Numbered from the stretch's first letter, positions 47,840-57,341 are shown. The stretch is 64,000 bases of DNA from Candidatus Bathyarchaeota archaeon (GCA_963702095.1 OY969706.1:2624001-2688000); one strand, 5' to 3'. A program made the numbers and translations. The notes: a model not told the origin generated them from the sequence alone.

Positions 47840-48688
47840 GTGACTTTTGAGTTGATTGTGGCGGTTGCAAGCGGAAAAGGAGGCACAGGAAAAACTTCCT
47901 TCGCCGTAAACTTTGCGCTTTCATTAAGCCGCGTTCAAGTCTTAGACTGCGACGTAGAGGAACCAAACGCCCAGGTGCTTCTACACACCACACAGCTACG
48001 GACTGAAGCGGTTTATACTGCAATCCCTAAAGTAGATGAAGCGCTCTGCAATTACTGCGGAGACTGCTCTAAATTCTGCCGCTACAACGCCCTCTTAACC
48101 CTAAAAGACAAAATCCTGATCTTCCCCGAACTCTGCCACAGCTGCGGCGGCTGCATGATGGTTTGCCCCAAAAAAGCGATCTCTGAGGAAAAACATCAAA
48201 TCGGAACCCTAACCTTCGGCGCAATCAATGGCTTAGCGTTGGTTTGGGGTGAATTGACAGTTGGCAAACCCTTGGCGGTTCCAATCATAAAAGCAGTAAA
48301 ACAGCACCTCGACAGAACCCGAGATGTTATCGTTGATTCTCCACCGGGAACCTCTTGCTCTTTTGTGGAAACAGTGCGGGGCTGCGACTTCTGCGTGCTC
48401 GTGACAGAACCAACGCCGTTTGGGCTGCATGACCTCTCGATTGCGGTCGCGGTTCTACGAAAAATGGCGGTGCCCTTTGGCGTTATAGTTAACCGCGCAG
48501 GCGTCGGGGACAGAAAAGTCTATGATTTTTGCCAAAAAGAAAACATCCCAATTCTTCTGGAAATACCCTATGACCGCAGAATAGCCGAACTCTACTCAAG
48601 AGGCATCCCTTTTAGCAGAGAAATGCCGGGGTGGACAGAGAAATTCCGTGTCCTCTACGGCAAAATCAAGGAGTTGACTATGCAATGA
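47840..48688 (+). CDS. MinD-like P-loop ATPase with inserted 4Fe-4S ferredoxin domain
   Basis: SGKGGTGKT, DCDVEEPN, two CxxCxxC motifs, DSPPGTSC, VTEPTPFGLHD. Confidence 0.92.
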   Translation: MTFELIVAVASGKGGTGKTSFAVNFALSLSRVQVLDCDVEEPNAQVLLHTTQLRTEAVYTAIPKVDEALCNYCGDCSKFCRYNALLTLKDKILIFPELCHSCGGCMMVCPKKAISEEKHQIGTLTFGAINGLALVWGELTVGKPLAVPIIKAVKQHLDRTRDVIVDSPPGTSCSFVETVRGCDFCVLVTEPTPFGLHDLSIAVAVLRKMAVPFGVIVNRAGVGDRKVYDFCQKENIPILLEIPYDRRIAELYSRGIPFSREMPGWTEKFRVLYGKIKELTMQ

Positions 48689-49549
48689 GGCAAATTACGG
48701 TTTTAAGCGGTAAAGGCGGCACCGGCAAAACATCCCTAACCGCCAGCTTTGCGGTCTTGGCAAAAAACGTTGTCGTTGCCGACTGCGACGTTGACGCGCC
48801 CGATCTACATTTGCTTTTGCACCCTCAAATCCTCGAAACCCAGAAGTTCAAAGGCGCAAAAACTAGCCGTAGTCGACCCAAAAAAATGCGTCCAATGTGG
48901 TTTATGCCAAAAACTATGCAGATTCAAAGCCATAATTGACGAAATTGCCGTTGACCCTGCCGCGTGCGAGGGATGCGGCGTCTGCGTTGCAGCTTGCCCT
49001 GCGAATGCGTTAACCTTGACGGAGCGAGTGTGTGGAGATGCGTTTATCTCGAAAACTCCCTACGGTTTCATGTCTCATGCCTTGCTCTTCCCTGGAGAAG
49101 CCAACTCAGGGAAACTGGTCACTTTGGTTAGGCAAAACGCAAAAAACCTGGCGATAAAACACTGCCTTGACCTCATATTGATTGATGGTTCCCCCGGTAT
49201 AGGTTGCCCTGTTATTGCTTCAATTTCAGGCGTAGACGCCACATTAGTGGTTACGGAGCCCACTATGTCTGGTATTCATGACTTAACACGAGTTCTGCAG
49301 TTGTTAAACCACTTCAAAGTGCCCAGCTACGTCTGCATTAACATGTTCGATGTGAACCCTGAGAACGCCGAAAAAATCGAACGTTTTTGCGCTGAAAATA
49401 GCGTGCAGGTGGTTGGGAAAGTGCCTTTTGATCCACGGGTGACTGAGGCTATGGTTAACGGAAAAACAATAGTTGAATATTCGCCTAAAAGCGGTGTGGC
49501 CGTAGAAATTACAAGGATTTTTGAGAAATTAACCCTCTTTGTGGGTTAG
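48685..49549 (+). pseudogene. Second MinD-like P-loop/ferredoxin ATPase, frameshifted at the A5 run 48858-48862
   Basis: MRQITVLSGKGGTGKT...KFKGAK continues as LAVVDPKKCVQCGLC in the next frame; one extra A. Confidence 0.88.
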
Positions 49550-49572
49550 TTATGTTAAAAAAAAGGAAAGGG

Positions 49573-49833
49573 TTACTTGTTGATTGCGTTTAGTCGTTCT
49601 TGGATTTTGGCGAGTGTTTCGTGCATGGCTTTTATTTGTGTTTCTACGGCGGTTTTTTGGTCGTTGAGTATGGCTGTTTCGTCTTGGGGGGTTGCTAGTG
49701 GTGTGCTGTATGGTGCTGTGTATAGGTAGCGGCATGCGCCTCTTCCGTAGAGGTAGCCGGGTCGTTGCCATGGGGGTAGGTGGCTGAAGGGGCCGTTTCC
49801 GGGATAGTTTCCCATTCCTCTTCCGTTTCTCAT
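49573..49833 (-). CDS. Small DUF5320-like protein (Gly/Arg-rich N-terminus, coiled coil)
   Basis: GRGMG...PPWQRPG...GRGAC, C-terminal heptads. Confidence 0.75.
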   Translation of the reverse strand: MRNGRGMGNYPGNGPFSHLPPWQRPGYLYGRGACRYLYTAPYSTPLATPQDETAILNDQKTAVETQIKAMHETLAKIQERLNAINK

Positions 49834-49856
49834 GTTTTGTTTTCACCTCGTATTTC

Positions 49857-49897
49857 TGTGCTATTGCACACAATTAATAATAATGTGAATATGCACA
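49857..49897. promoter_or_regulatory. Two TGTG-N6-CACA palindromes in the divergent promoter
   Basis: TGTGCTATTGCACA (49857-49870) and TGTGAATATGCACA (49884-49897). Confidence 0.6.
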
Positions 49898-49940
49898 AAA
49901 ATATATAAAAGTTCCGACACCAACACATAACCGACCAAAA

Positions 49941-50264
49941 ATGGGCTGGCGACACAGACACGGCAGAAGAGGCAGAAACCCAAAACCAATCAACCTAGCC
50001 AACCCCCCAAAAACAAACACCTTCACCCCCCAAACCACAAAAAACCAAATCCCAATAACCCTTGACCCAGCAGAAGTCGAAGCCCAAAGACTCGTAGACT
50101 TAGAAGGACTCTCCCAAGAGGACGCAGGCAAAAAAATGGGGGTCTCCCGAGGAACAGTCTGGCGGCTACTGCAGAGTGCAAGAAAAAAAACAGCCCAAGC
50201 CTTAACCGAGGGAAGACCCCTCCACATTGACGTCAATTCAGGTGACCCCGAAGAATTAAGCTAA
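49941..50264 (+). CDS. DUF134 family HTH DNA-binding protein
   Basis: EVEAQRLVDLEGLSQEDAGKKMGVSRGTVWRLLQSARKK. Confidence 0.9.
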   Translation: MGWRHRHGRRGRNPKPINLANPPKTNTFTPQTTKNQIPITLDPAEVEAQRLVDLEGLSQEDAGKKMGVSRGTVWRLLQSARKKTAQALTEGRPLHIDVNSGDPEELS

Positions 50265-50292
50265 TATACGATGCTTGGATACACTCTGAGAG

Positions 50293-50718
50293 ATGATTTT
50301 TATGCCAAAAGTAAAAGCAAAAGCAACATGGATTGAAAACGTTCGCTCAAAAGTTGATAACCAAAGAAACCACAGCATAGAATGTGACCTTCCTACGCCA
50401 GCAGGTGGATCCGACTGTGGCCCAACCGCCCTCGAATTATGCCTAATGTCGCTTGCTGACTGCGGCGTAACCATTTTCGCCGATGTATGTAAAAAAAGCA
50501 ACATCCAACTAAACAAGGTGGAAGTAACCGTCGAAGCTGATAAATCCCCAGATTCCCCAGTGATAAGCGGTGTAACAATGAAAGTTAACGTTTCTTCTCC
50601 AGCTAGAAAAGAGCTTTTGGAAGCGGCTTGGCGTAGAACCGAAGCAAACTGCCCCGTAATCGTCGTCTTTAAAGAACCAACACCCGTCACTGTTGAGTTT
50701 GAAACCAAGACAGAGTAA
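50293..50718 (+). CDS. OsmC family protein
   Basis: GGSDCGPTALEL...LADC, ANCPV. Confidence 0.88.
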   Translation: MIFMPKVKAKATWIENVRSKVDNQRNHSIECDLPTPAGGSDCGPTALELCLMSLADCGVTIFADVCKKSNIQLNKVEVTVEADKSPDSPVISGVTMKVNVSSPARKELLEAAWRRTEANCPVIVVFKEPTPVTVEFETKTE

Positions 50719-50727
50719 GAGTGGCAA

Positions 50728-51264
50728 ATGAAGTCTGCATTGATAATCTATTGGTCCAAAACTGGCAATACAGAAAAAGTCGCTAACGCCATAAAAAATG
50801 GGCTTGAAGAAGCCGACTTCAAAGTCACCCTAACCAAACCCGAAGAGGCAGAAGCATTTGACTACTTGGATTTTGACTTGGTCTGCGTCGGCTGCCCCTC
50901 CTATTCTTGGCATCCACCCGAACCCATGACTGCTTTTCTCAAAAAGAAATTCGCTTCTTACCGCCAAAATGGCAAAATCAAAACTGGCGCTCCCAAAGTC
51001 CCCGAAAAAAACGCATTAATATTCGTAACCTATTCTGGCCCCCATACCGGAATCAACGAAGCCACCCCAGTTGGAAAAGACATAGGACAATACTTTGAAC
51101 ACTTAGGCTTCACTGTCATTGATGAATGGTATGTTCTAAGCGAGTTTCACGGTTCACTGGAGCACAGCACTCAAGGACGCCTAGGTGACGTGAGGGGAAA
51201 ACCCACAGCTGAACAACTGCAAGTCATCAAAGACGACGCCAAACGCATAGGCAAATTGCTCTAA
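50728..51264 (+). CDS. Flavodoxin-like protein (paralogue of 23082-23654)
   Basis: IYWSKTGNTEKVANAI, FVTYSGPHTG, STQGRLGD. Confidence 0.88.
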   Translation: MKSALIIYWSKTGNTEKVANAIKNGLEEADFKVTLTKPEEAEAFDYLDFDLVCVGCPSYSWHPPEPMTAFLKKKFASYRQNGKIKTGAPKVPEKNALIFVTYSGPHTGINEATPVGKDIGQYFEHLGFTVIDEWYVLSEFHGSLEHSTQGRLGDVRGKPTAEQLQVIKDDAKRIGKLL

Positions 51265-51267
51265 AAC

Positions 51268-51639
51268 CTATTTATCCCATTTTTTGAAGCACACTTTGCC
51301 GTCTTCTTTGGAGGCGCGAAGCAATTCGCAGTGTCTAAAGAAAGCAAACTCTTGATCCAGCACCTCGGGTTTAATGTTGAGTTCACGGATTAGTTCGTCT
51401 TTTGTTATTTTTCCCCTTTCTTCAACCAAGTTGTAAATCTTTTGCTGTAACTCCGTTAAGCCGTCACTTCCAGATTGGCCCAGCTGTTTGCGAATGGATA
51501 AGGCTGAAGCGACTGCCAGAGGGTCACAGCCTTTAGGAGGGTTAGTCTCGTAGATATAGCAGTCTTCACATAAGACTTTCCCATGTAAGTCGTAGGCTTC
51601 TCCTTCTTTTAGAGGCACATTACACCGTTGGCATTCCAT
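51268..51639 (-). CDS. Zn-finger plus winged-helix hypothetical protein
   Basis: CQRC...LCEDCY, CDP, LTELQQKIYNLVEERGKIT. Confidence 0.75.
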   Translation of the reverse strand: MECQRCNVPLKEGEAYDLHGKVLCEDCYIYETNPPKGCDPLAVASALSIRKQLGQSGSDGLTELQQKIYNLVEERGKITKDELIRELNIKPEVLDQEFAFFRHCELLRASKEDGKVCFKKWDK

Positions 51640-51791
51640 TTTTGATCCCTTATCTGCCGTAATAGGTTCTTCTTATTTAAAGCCGTTTTCGCTATTTTTA
51701 ATGGGTTTACGGGCATACTTGCCGTTTCATTTCTCGGTATAGCGGCAAGGATAAAAAAGGGTAAAGAACTAGTCACAGGCTAACCCTGTGT

Positions 51792-52085
51792 CTACAGGGT
51801 TTTGGCAACTTCATTTAACGGTTTAACCGGTCGAACCTCAACCTTCATGGGACCGAAGAATTTTGTGATCGCCTCTGGGTTCACAGCGTCTATAGTGAAG
51901 AAGCCCATGTGGTCTACTGATTTGTCCTCTGGGCAACTCATGTAGGCGGCTGTCAGGTTGATTCCATTGTTTTTCATGTTCTGCTCTGAGAAAAGCTGCT
52001 TTAACATTGCTTTTCCTTCTGCACTTTTTAGAGGACATTGAGCGGCTGGATGGGTATGTGTAGCTTCATACAACAAAACAATCAC
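51792..52085 (-). CDS. Small hypothetical protein (HxH-x4-CP motif)
   Basis: GGAGGTG overlapping the start; HTHPAAQCP and C-terminal EVRPV. Confidence 0.7.
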   Translation of the reverse strand: MIVLLYEATHTHPAAQCPLKSAEGKAMLKQLFSEQNMKNNGINLTAAYMSCPEDKSVDHMGFFTIDAVNPEAITKFFGPMKVEVRPVKPLNEVAKTL

Positions 52086-52224
52086 CTCCCCACGAAAGAG
52101 AAGAAAACTATCTGTTTTAACTGGTATCGTTCGTTAAATTTAAGACTTCTTCAGTATGACTTACAAGGATGACGCAGAAGCATCACACAGGGGCTATGCG
52201 GCGTATTACTGCGCCTCCTTATAT

Positions 52225-52404
52225 CAGTGGATCAAAAGATTTGTCTGATCTGCTTGTAGTTGCCCCACAACCAGCCAGCAACCAAAATCACACGCAGACG
52301 CCAACAAGCAATGCTCAGCCAAACCCGCTGGTAGATGATGAGCAAGGGGCGCTCTGCCTTCATCTAAGACTAGAAAACAAAAAAAGCCAAATTTTGATCT
52401 ACAG
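52225..52404 (-). mobile_element. MITE-like element, 180 bp
   Basis: Ends CAGTGGATCAAAA and TTTTGATCTACAG (TIR, 11/13 match); colinear with 23713-23892. Confidence 0.78.
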
Positions 52405-52593
52405 TTATGTAATGCGAGGGAAGTAGTGGCAGAGCAACAAATCAAACTAAAAGCAAAGGAAACCCCTAAACAGCATCATTTGCAACAGCCACCAAGAAGG
52501 ATTTAACATCGAAAAAATTGTTTTTTTTGGGTAACGCATAAAAGCACATGATGCACAGTGATACTCTATCACCAAAAAAGTGTTGGTACATCA

Positions 52594-53223
52594 ATGTCCG
52601 CTAAAACACTACCTAGAAAATTCGTAACAGTGGACCCAAGTAAATGCATCGGATGCGGAATCTGCGAATACGCCTGCACCAGCGAAAAAGCCGAAAGCGG
52701 CAGTTGGAACCCGGTTCGCAGCAGAATCCGAGTAGTCCGCATGGCACCCGTATTCAACTTTGCCTTAACCTGCCGAGGATGCCACGACGCCCGATGCGTA
52801 AAAGCCTGCCCTGAACGTGCAATCTCACAATCCGAAGTCAACAGCCTACTTATCATCGACGAAAAGAAATGCAAAGGCTGCGACTGGTGTGTACAAGCCT
52901 GCCCACACGGCGGCATCGCCATAAACGCTGAAACAGGCAAAGCCATAGCATGCAACCTCTGTGAAGGCGACCCCAAATGTATCCAAGCATGCCCCGAAGA
53001 AGCCCTCGACATCGTAGACTCCGACGAAGCCGCAGACAAACACTTCAACGATGCATTAGCCACTCTGCCAGCTCAAACCGAACACTTAGCCGCAATAGTT
53101 AAAGAGAAAGATTGGAAGCCACTCTTAGCTGCTGCTGAAGAACGTTCAGAACGCATCGCAGAGAAAGTTGACGCCATCAATAAACGGGCAGCCGCCGAAA
53201 AAGAGAAAGAAAAAGAAAAGTAA
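52594..53223 (+). CDS. 4Fe-4S dicluster protein (DmsB/HydN-like)
   Basis: CIGCGICEYAC, CRGCHDARCVKACP, CKGCDWCVQACP, CNLCEGDPKCIQACP. Confidence 0.92.
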   Translation: MSAKTLPRKFVTVDPSKCIGCGICEYACTSEKAESGSWNPVRSRIRVVRMAPVFNFALTCRGCHDARCVKACPERAISQSEVNSLLIIDEKKCKGCDWCVQACPHGGIAINAETGKAIACNLCEGDPKCIQACPEEALDIVDSDEAADKHFNDALATLPAQTEHLAAIVKEKDWKPLLAAAEERSERIAEKVDAINKRAAAEKEKEKEK

Positions 53224-53244
53224 TTTTTTTCTTTTTGATTTGGG

Positions 53245-54105
53245 TTAACGGTTTTCTTCGTAACCTCTCAGAAGCATATCAATATCTGTCCCGACGTTTT
53301 GGCCGTTGTAGCCGCCTTCGAAGACAAAAAAGGTAGGCACCCCCAGTTTACCGATTACTTTTCCAATATCAAAAAAGTCCTGTTCCACAAAACTCAACGT
53401 TGCCAAATCGCCCTTGTGAGTATCAAAACCTGCTGAAACCGCCAGTGCCTCAAACTTGCCTAAATCCACCAACTTTAAGGCTTTATCAAGAGCTTCAAGA
53501 TACAGTTTGCCACCCACCGTTGCAGGCAACGGATAGTTTATGCAGTTAACTTCTGAGGTGAGTCCTGTCCCTGGAAAGTTGGGTGATTGATGAAGCGACA
53601 CAAAGGTAACTTGGTCATCGCCCATAAAGATTTCTTGGGTACCGTTGCCATGGTGCCCGTCGATGTCTAGAATCAACGTTTTTTTCTTTGACTCTTTAAC
53701 GGCTATGGCTATGTTGTTTAGGTAACAGAAGCCTCTGGTGTAAACGCCCAAAGCAGCGCCGTATCTGCCAACATGGTGTCCCGGGGGCCGCATAAGCGAA
53801 AACCCGCCGATTTGGCTTGCCAACAAGGCGCCGCCAACCGATAACTGGGCGTAATCAAAAATTTTGTCGTATGCAGGTGTATCGCTGTCTTCTACTAAGC
53901 CTTTCTTTATGTTCCAAATGTATTCCATGTCGTGGACTGAGAGAATTTGGTCTTCAGTTGCCGGTGTGGGCTCCACAAACTCATAGCCTTTTTGCTGCAA
54001 GATATCATGGGCGATTTTAACACGTTGAGGGCCTTCGATATGCCATGTGCCATAGCCTAAACATTTCTCTGAATAGACTATCTTTGTTTTCATCGCTGAA
54101 TGCAT
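53245..54105 (-). CDS. Histone deacetylase family protein
   Basis: RPPGHH, GFCYLNN, DIDGHHGNGTQ, SAGFD, EGGY. Confidence 0.95.
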   Translation of the reverse strand: MHSAMKTKIVYSEKCLGYGTWHIEGPQRVKIAHDILQQKGYEFVEPTPATEDQILSVHDMEYIWNIKKGLVEDSDTPAYDKIFDYAQLSVGGALLASQIGGFSLMRPPGHHVGRYGAALGVYTRGFCYLNNIAIAVKESKKKTLILDIDGHHGNGTQEIFMGDDQVTFVSLHQSPNFPGTGLTSEVNCINYPLPATVGGKLYLEALDKALKLVDLGKFEALAVSAGFDTHKGDLATLSFVEQDFFDIGKVIGKLGVPTFFVFEGGYNGQNVGTDIDMLLRGYEENR

Positions 54106-54191
54106 CCATTAGACACATAAGTATGTCAACCAATTTAAAATATAACCCTAACGAAGCTAAACTAGCCTATCGAGGATGGAGAGCAGAAACC

Positions 54192-56141
54192 ATGATTGCA
54201 CAGAACCCCTTTGAACAATTCAGACAAGAATGCCAAACCGCATTAGCAGCCGCCATAGCTAACACCTTGCCTGAAATCAAGCCGCCTGTTATCACGCTTA
54301 AGAAAACACCCAACATCGACTATGGTCAGCTTGCCACTTCGCTTTGTTTTGAGTTAGCAAAAAAACTCAACCAGAAACCGCTCGATTTAGCCCAGCACTT
54401 AGTGGCAGCCATAGACAAATCAGCCTTCAACTTAATCGATAAGGTGGAACCCGCAGGCGCAGGATACATCAACTTCTACGTGGACTTCCCCAAATTCAGC
54501 GCCCTCACCCTCCAATCCATCCGACAACTCGACCAAGACTACGGCTTCGTCAAAACAGCCGAACCCCAAAAAATCATCGTCGAACACACCAGCGTCAACC
54601 CGCTTCACCCCATCCATATTGGACAAGCCCGCAACCCCATGTTAGGCGACGCTTTGGCACGTCTGCTTCAACGCCGAGGAAACACCGTTTCGCGGCACTA
54701 CTACATCGATGATGTGGGACGCCAATCAAGCGTGGTTGCCTATGGATATGCCAAACTGGGTAAACCCAAACCAACCGAGAAACCTGATCTGTTCGTGGGA
54801 AAAATCTACACTGTAACCGCTTGTCTAGTTGAGATTAATCGGCTTAAAGGTGTAAAAGAGAAAGTTATAGTAGCTCAAAACGCTGACGAATTTGTCAAGG
54901 TGAACAGGGAGCTTGACGAGTGGGTTTCAATCGCGGCTGAACTCAAAGGAAAATACCCCGTGCTCTTTGAAACGTTGCTGGCAAAAATCAGCGAGGACAA
55001 AGACCCTGAGGAAGAAATCAGCCGCCTCAACCGCGCCTACGAAGACGGTCAACCCGCAGCTAAAGAGTTGGTCCGTGAAGTCAGCGACCTCTGCCTCGAC
55101 GGTTTCCGCCAAACCATGCGCCGTGTTGGCGTGACCTATGACTCGTGGGATTGGGAAAGCGATTTTGTGTGGACGCCGCAGGTCAGCGAAGTCATGGCAC
55201 GACTAAAAGCTACGCCGTTTATTTTCAACGAAAAAGGCGTTTTGCAGTTTAACGCTGACAAAGCCACCCGCGCCCTAAACCTCAAAGCCAAGTTGGGACT
55301 AAGCGAGAACAACGAGGTCCCGCCACTTACCCTTGTGCGTGCCGACGGCACCACCCTCTACACCACCCGAGACATCGCCTACACAATTTGGAAGTTCAAG
55401 CACGCCGACAAAGTAATCAACGTTATAGGCATGGAGCAGTCGCTGGCGCAGCTGCAGCTTAAACTGGCACTCTACGCCATGGGCTACGGCGAACAAGCAG
55501 ATAACTTGGTGCATTTCGCCTATAACTTGGTGACTTTGCCCGGTTACAAGATGAGCAGCCGACGCGGCCACTACATCACATTCGACGAGGTGCTCGACGA
55601 GGCAGTTAGGCGTGCCTACGAAGAAGTCACTAAGCGCTCCCCGATGCTCACTGAGGAAGAGAAGCGCAAGATAGCGGATTTCGTGGGGTTGGGTGCTGTC
55701 CGTTATGCGCTTGTGGACGTGGATTCTGGTAAGCCGGTGGTGTTCACTTGGGAGCGGGTGCTTAACTTTGAAACCAACAGCGCCCCCTATGTCCAGTACA
55801 CTCATGCCCGAGCGTGTAGCATTCTGCGCAAAGCTGAACATCAACCTGATAACCCTGACTACGCACTGCTTAAAGAGCGGTTAGAAAGAGAATTGGTCCT
55901 CAACTTGGCAGGGTTCGCTGACATGTTCATAGAAGCCACCGAATACCAAAAACCCAACATGATAGCCGACTACACAAACGCCTTAGCAGACAAATTCAAC
56001 ACCTTCTACAACGCCTACCCAGTTCTTAAAGCAGATTCAGAGGGGCTTATCGAGGCAAGGTTGGCGTTAGTGAAAGCCATACAGGTTGTCATGAAGAATA
56101 CGCTGAATTTGATTGGGGTTTATGCGCCAGAGAAAATGTAG
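54192..56141 (+). CDS. argS: Arginine--tRNA ligase
   Basis: EHTSVNP..PIHIGQARN, DGTTLYTTRD, KMSSRRG, YVQYTHARACSIL, APEKM; likely start ATG 54192. Confidence 0.97.
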   Translation: MIAQNPFEQFRQECQTALAAAIANTLPEIKPPVITLKKTPNIDYGQLATSLCFELAKKLNQKPLDLAQHLVAAIDKSAFNLIDKVEPAGAGYINFYVDFPKFSALTLQSIRQLDQDYGFVKTAEPQKIIVEHTSVNPLHPIHIGQARNPMLGDALARLLQRRGNTVSRHYYIDDVGRQSSVVAYGYAKLGKPKPTEKPDLFVGKIYTVTACLVEINRLKGVKEKVIVAQNADEFVKVNRELDEWVSIAAELKGKYPVLFETLLAKISEDKDPEEEISRLNRAYEDGQPAAKELVREVSDLCLDGFRQTMRRVGVTYDSWDWESDFVWTPQVSEVMARLKATPFIFNEKGVLQFNADKATRALNLKAKLGLSENNEVPPLTLVRADGTTLYTTRDIAYTIWKFKHADKVINVIGMEQSLAQLQLKLALYAMGYGEQADNLVHFAYNLVTLPGYKMSSRRGHYITFDEVLDEAVRRAYEEVTKRSPMLTEEEKRKIADFVGLGAVRYALVDVDSGKPVVFTWERVLNFETNSAPYVQYTHARACSILRKAEHQPDNPDYALLKERLERELVLNLAGFADMFIEATEYQKPNMIADYTNALADKFNTFYNAYPVLKADSEGLIEARLALVKAIQVVMKNTLNLIGVYAPEKM

Positions 56142-56186
56142 CGACAGCTTGTTGCTCTCAGCTAAGACCTCTATTTCCTTATTTAA

Positions 56187-56400
56187 CAGTGGATCAAAAT
56201 TTGGGCTCTTTTGTTCTATTTTTCTATTGTTTAGATGAAGTCAGAGCAATCCTTACTCTTCTTCTTCCTGTAGGCTTTGCTGGCGTCTGTTTCAGTGTGA
56301 GAAATGCGTTTTCTTCCACACGCCCTGCATGGCTCTATATCGGAACCGTCACGGTGTGGATGGGGGCATGTATCGTTTGCTTTTTTGGCGAGAAGAGAAT
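56187..56400 (+). mobile_element. MITE-like composite copy (left part as the 180-bp element, remainder shared with 7771-8096)
   Basis: CAGTGGATCAAAATTTGGGC...TTAGATGAAGTCAGAGCAATCCTTACTCTTCTTCTTCCT; right end not defined. Confidence 0.65.
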
Positions 56401-56500
56401 CGTTGGGTTGCAGTGAAAGGTAATTGTAATCGGGCACTATCATGGCTTTGGTGGCTTTGGCATTGTTTTTTTTTGTTTTTTGGCCGGGTTATTCGCAAGC

Positions 56501-56533
56501 ATTAAATAGCTGTAAATACACAATTGTTTACAG
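56501..56533 (+). promoter_or_regulatory. TATA-like box (ATTAAATA) followed by operator CTGTAA-N12-TTACAG
   Basis: CTGTAAATACACAATTGTTTACAG at 56510-56533, 8 bp before ATG 56542; same form as 28942-28965. Confidence 0.75.
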
Positions 56534-56541
56534 GTGTTGTC

Positions 56542-57024
56542 ATGTCCACAGGTTGCCACGTATCCTCACCACTCAGCCAAAGCCAAAAAACCATCTGGGC
56601 ACTCCTAGGCAAAGGCCTCAGCGTCTCCACCATAGCCGAGAAACTAAAAACCACCCGCCAATACGTCAACCAAACACGCCTAACCGCACAAGCCAAACTC
56701 GCCACCACCCTCCTCGAAGTCGCAGAAGTAAACGACATCCAAGTAACCAAACTAGTCCCACAACAAGCAATTCTACTGGGCTACCATCCTGGACTCAAAC
56801 GCAAAGCCATCGTCACCTACACCACCAGCCACGGCTTAAAAGTCTGGTACTGGCACGACAACCCCGAAGAAGTCACCGACACAACCTTCCTAAACCAAAC
56901 CCGCCAATACCTAATCGACATAGCCAAAGAAAGAGGCATAGAAATCAAAGATGCAGAAAATATTCACCCTGCCAAGTTGGCGCACATTATCTTCTGCCAA
57001 TTGATTCCGGAGTTGAAAGCATGA
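56542..57024 (+). CDS. HTH transcription regulator (sigma70 region-4-like), paralogue of 28447-28932 lacking the Cys cluster
   Basis: LSQSQKTIWALLGKGLSVSTIAEKLKTTRQYVNQ; GY..., GLKVWYWH, PAKLA shared with the paralogue. Confidence 0.85.
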   Translation: MSTGCHVSSPLSQSQKTIWALLGKGLSVSTIAEKLKTTRQYVNQTRLTAQAKLATTLLEVAEVNDIQVTKLVPQQAILLGYHPGLKRKAIVTYTTSHGLKVWYWHDNPEEVTDTTFLNQTRQYLIDIAKERGIEIKDAENIHPAKLAHIIFCQLIPELKA

Positions 57025-57341
57025 ATGTAAAGAGAAGTATGCAACAACTGTTTCGCGGCTGGATTCCAAAAGAACCTAGTTTAGGCAGTGTTCGAACCAA
57101 AAGCAAAGCATACCATAACAAAGAAATGGTCTCAGCAGCAAGAATCAGCACAGGGCTTTTTTCAGTTATTGGAAGCACATTGTTGGGTTTTTCTGTGTAT
57201 GTTTACTTGGTTGATCCTCATGCTTGGAGTTTGGCGTGGATAACAAACGTCTCCTTCATAGCAATTGGAGTAATTTTGATTTCTGTAGCGATTTTTGTTT
57301 GGCTAAAGGATAGAAAGCAAAGCGCAGGAGGCATTTTATGA
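57021..57341 (+). CDS. GWxPKE-motif membrane protein 1 (2 TM)
   Basis: MNVKRSMQQLFRGWIPKEP; ATGA overlap with the HTH stop. Confidence 0.8.
   Translation: MNVKRSMQQLFRGWIPKEPSLGSVRTKSKAYHNKEMVSAARISTGLFSVIGSTLLGFSVYVYLVDPHAWSLAWITNVSFIAIGVILISVAIFVWLKDRKQSAGGIL

Noticed and set aside
56442-57020. N-terminal part of the 299-aa ORF 56442-57341
   Set aside because: It overlaps the HTH gene in another frame and has low-complexity shadow composition; the real gene starts at ATG 57021, just before the motif.
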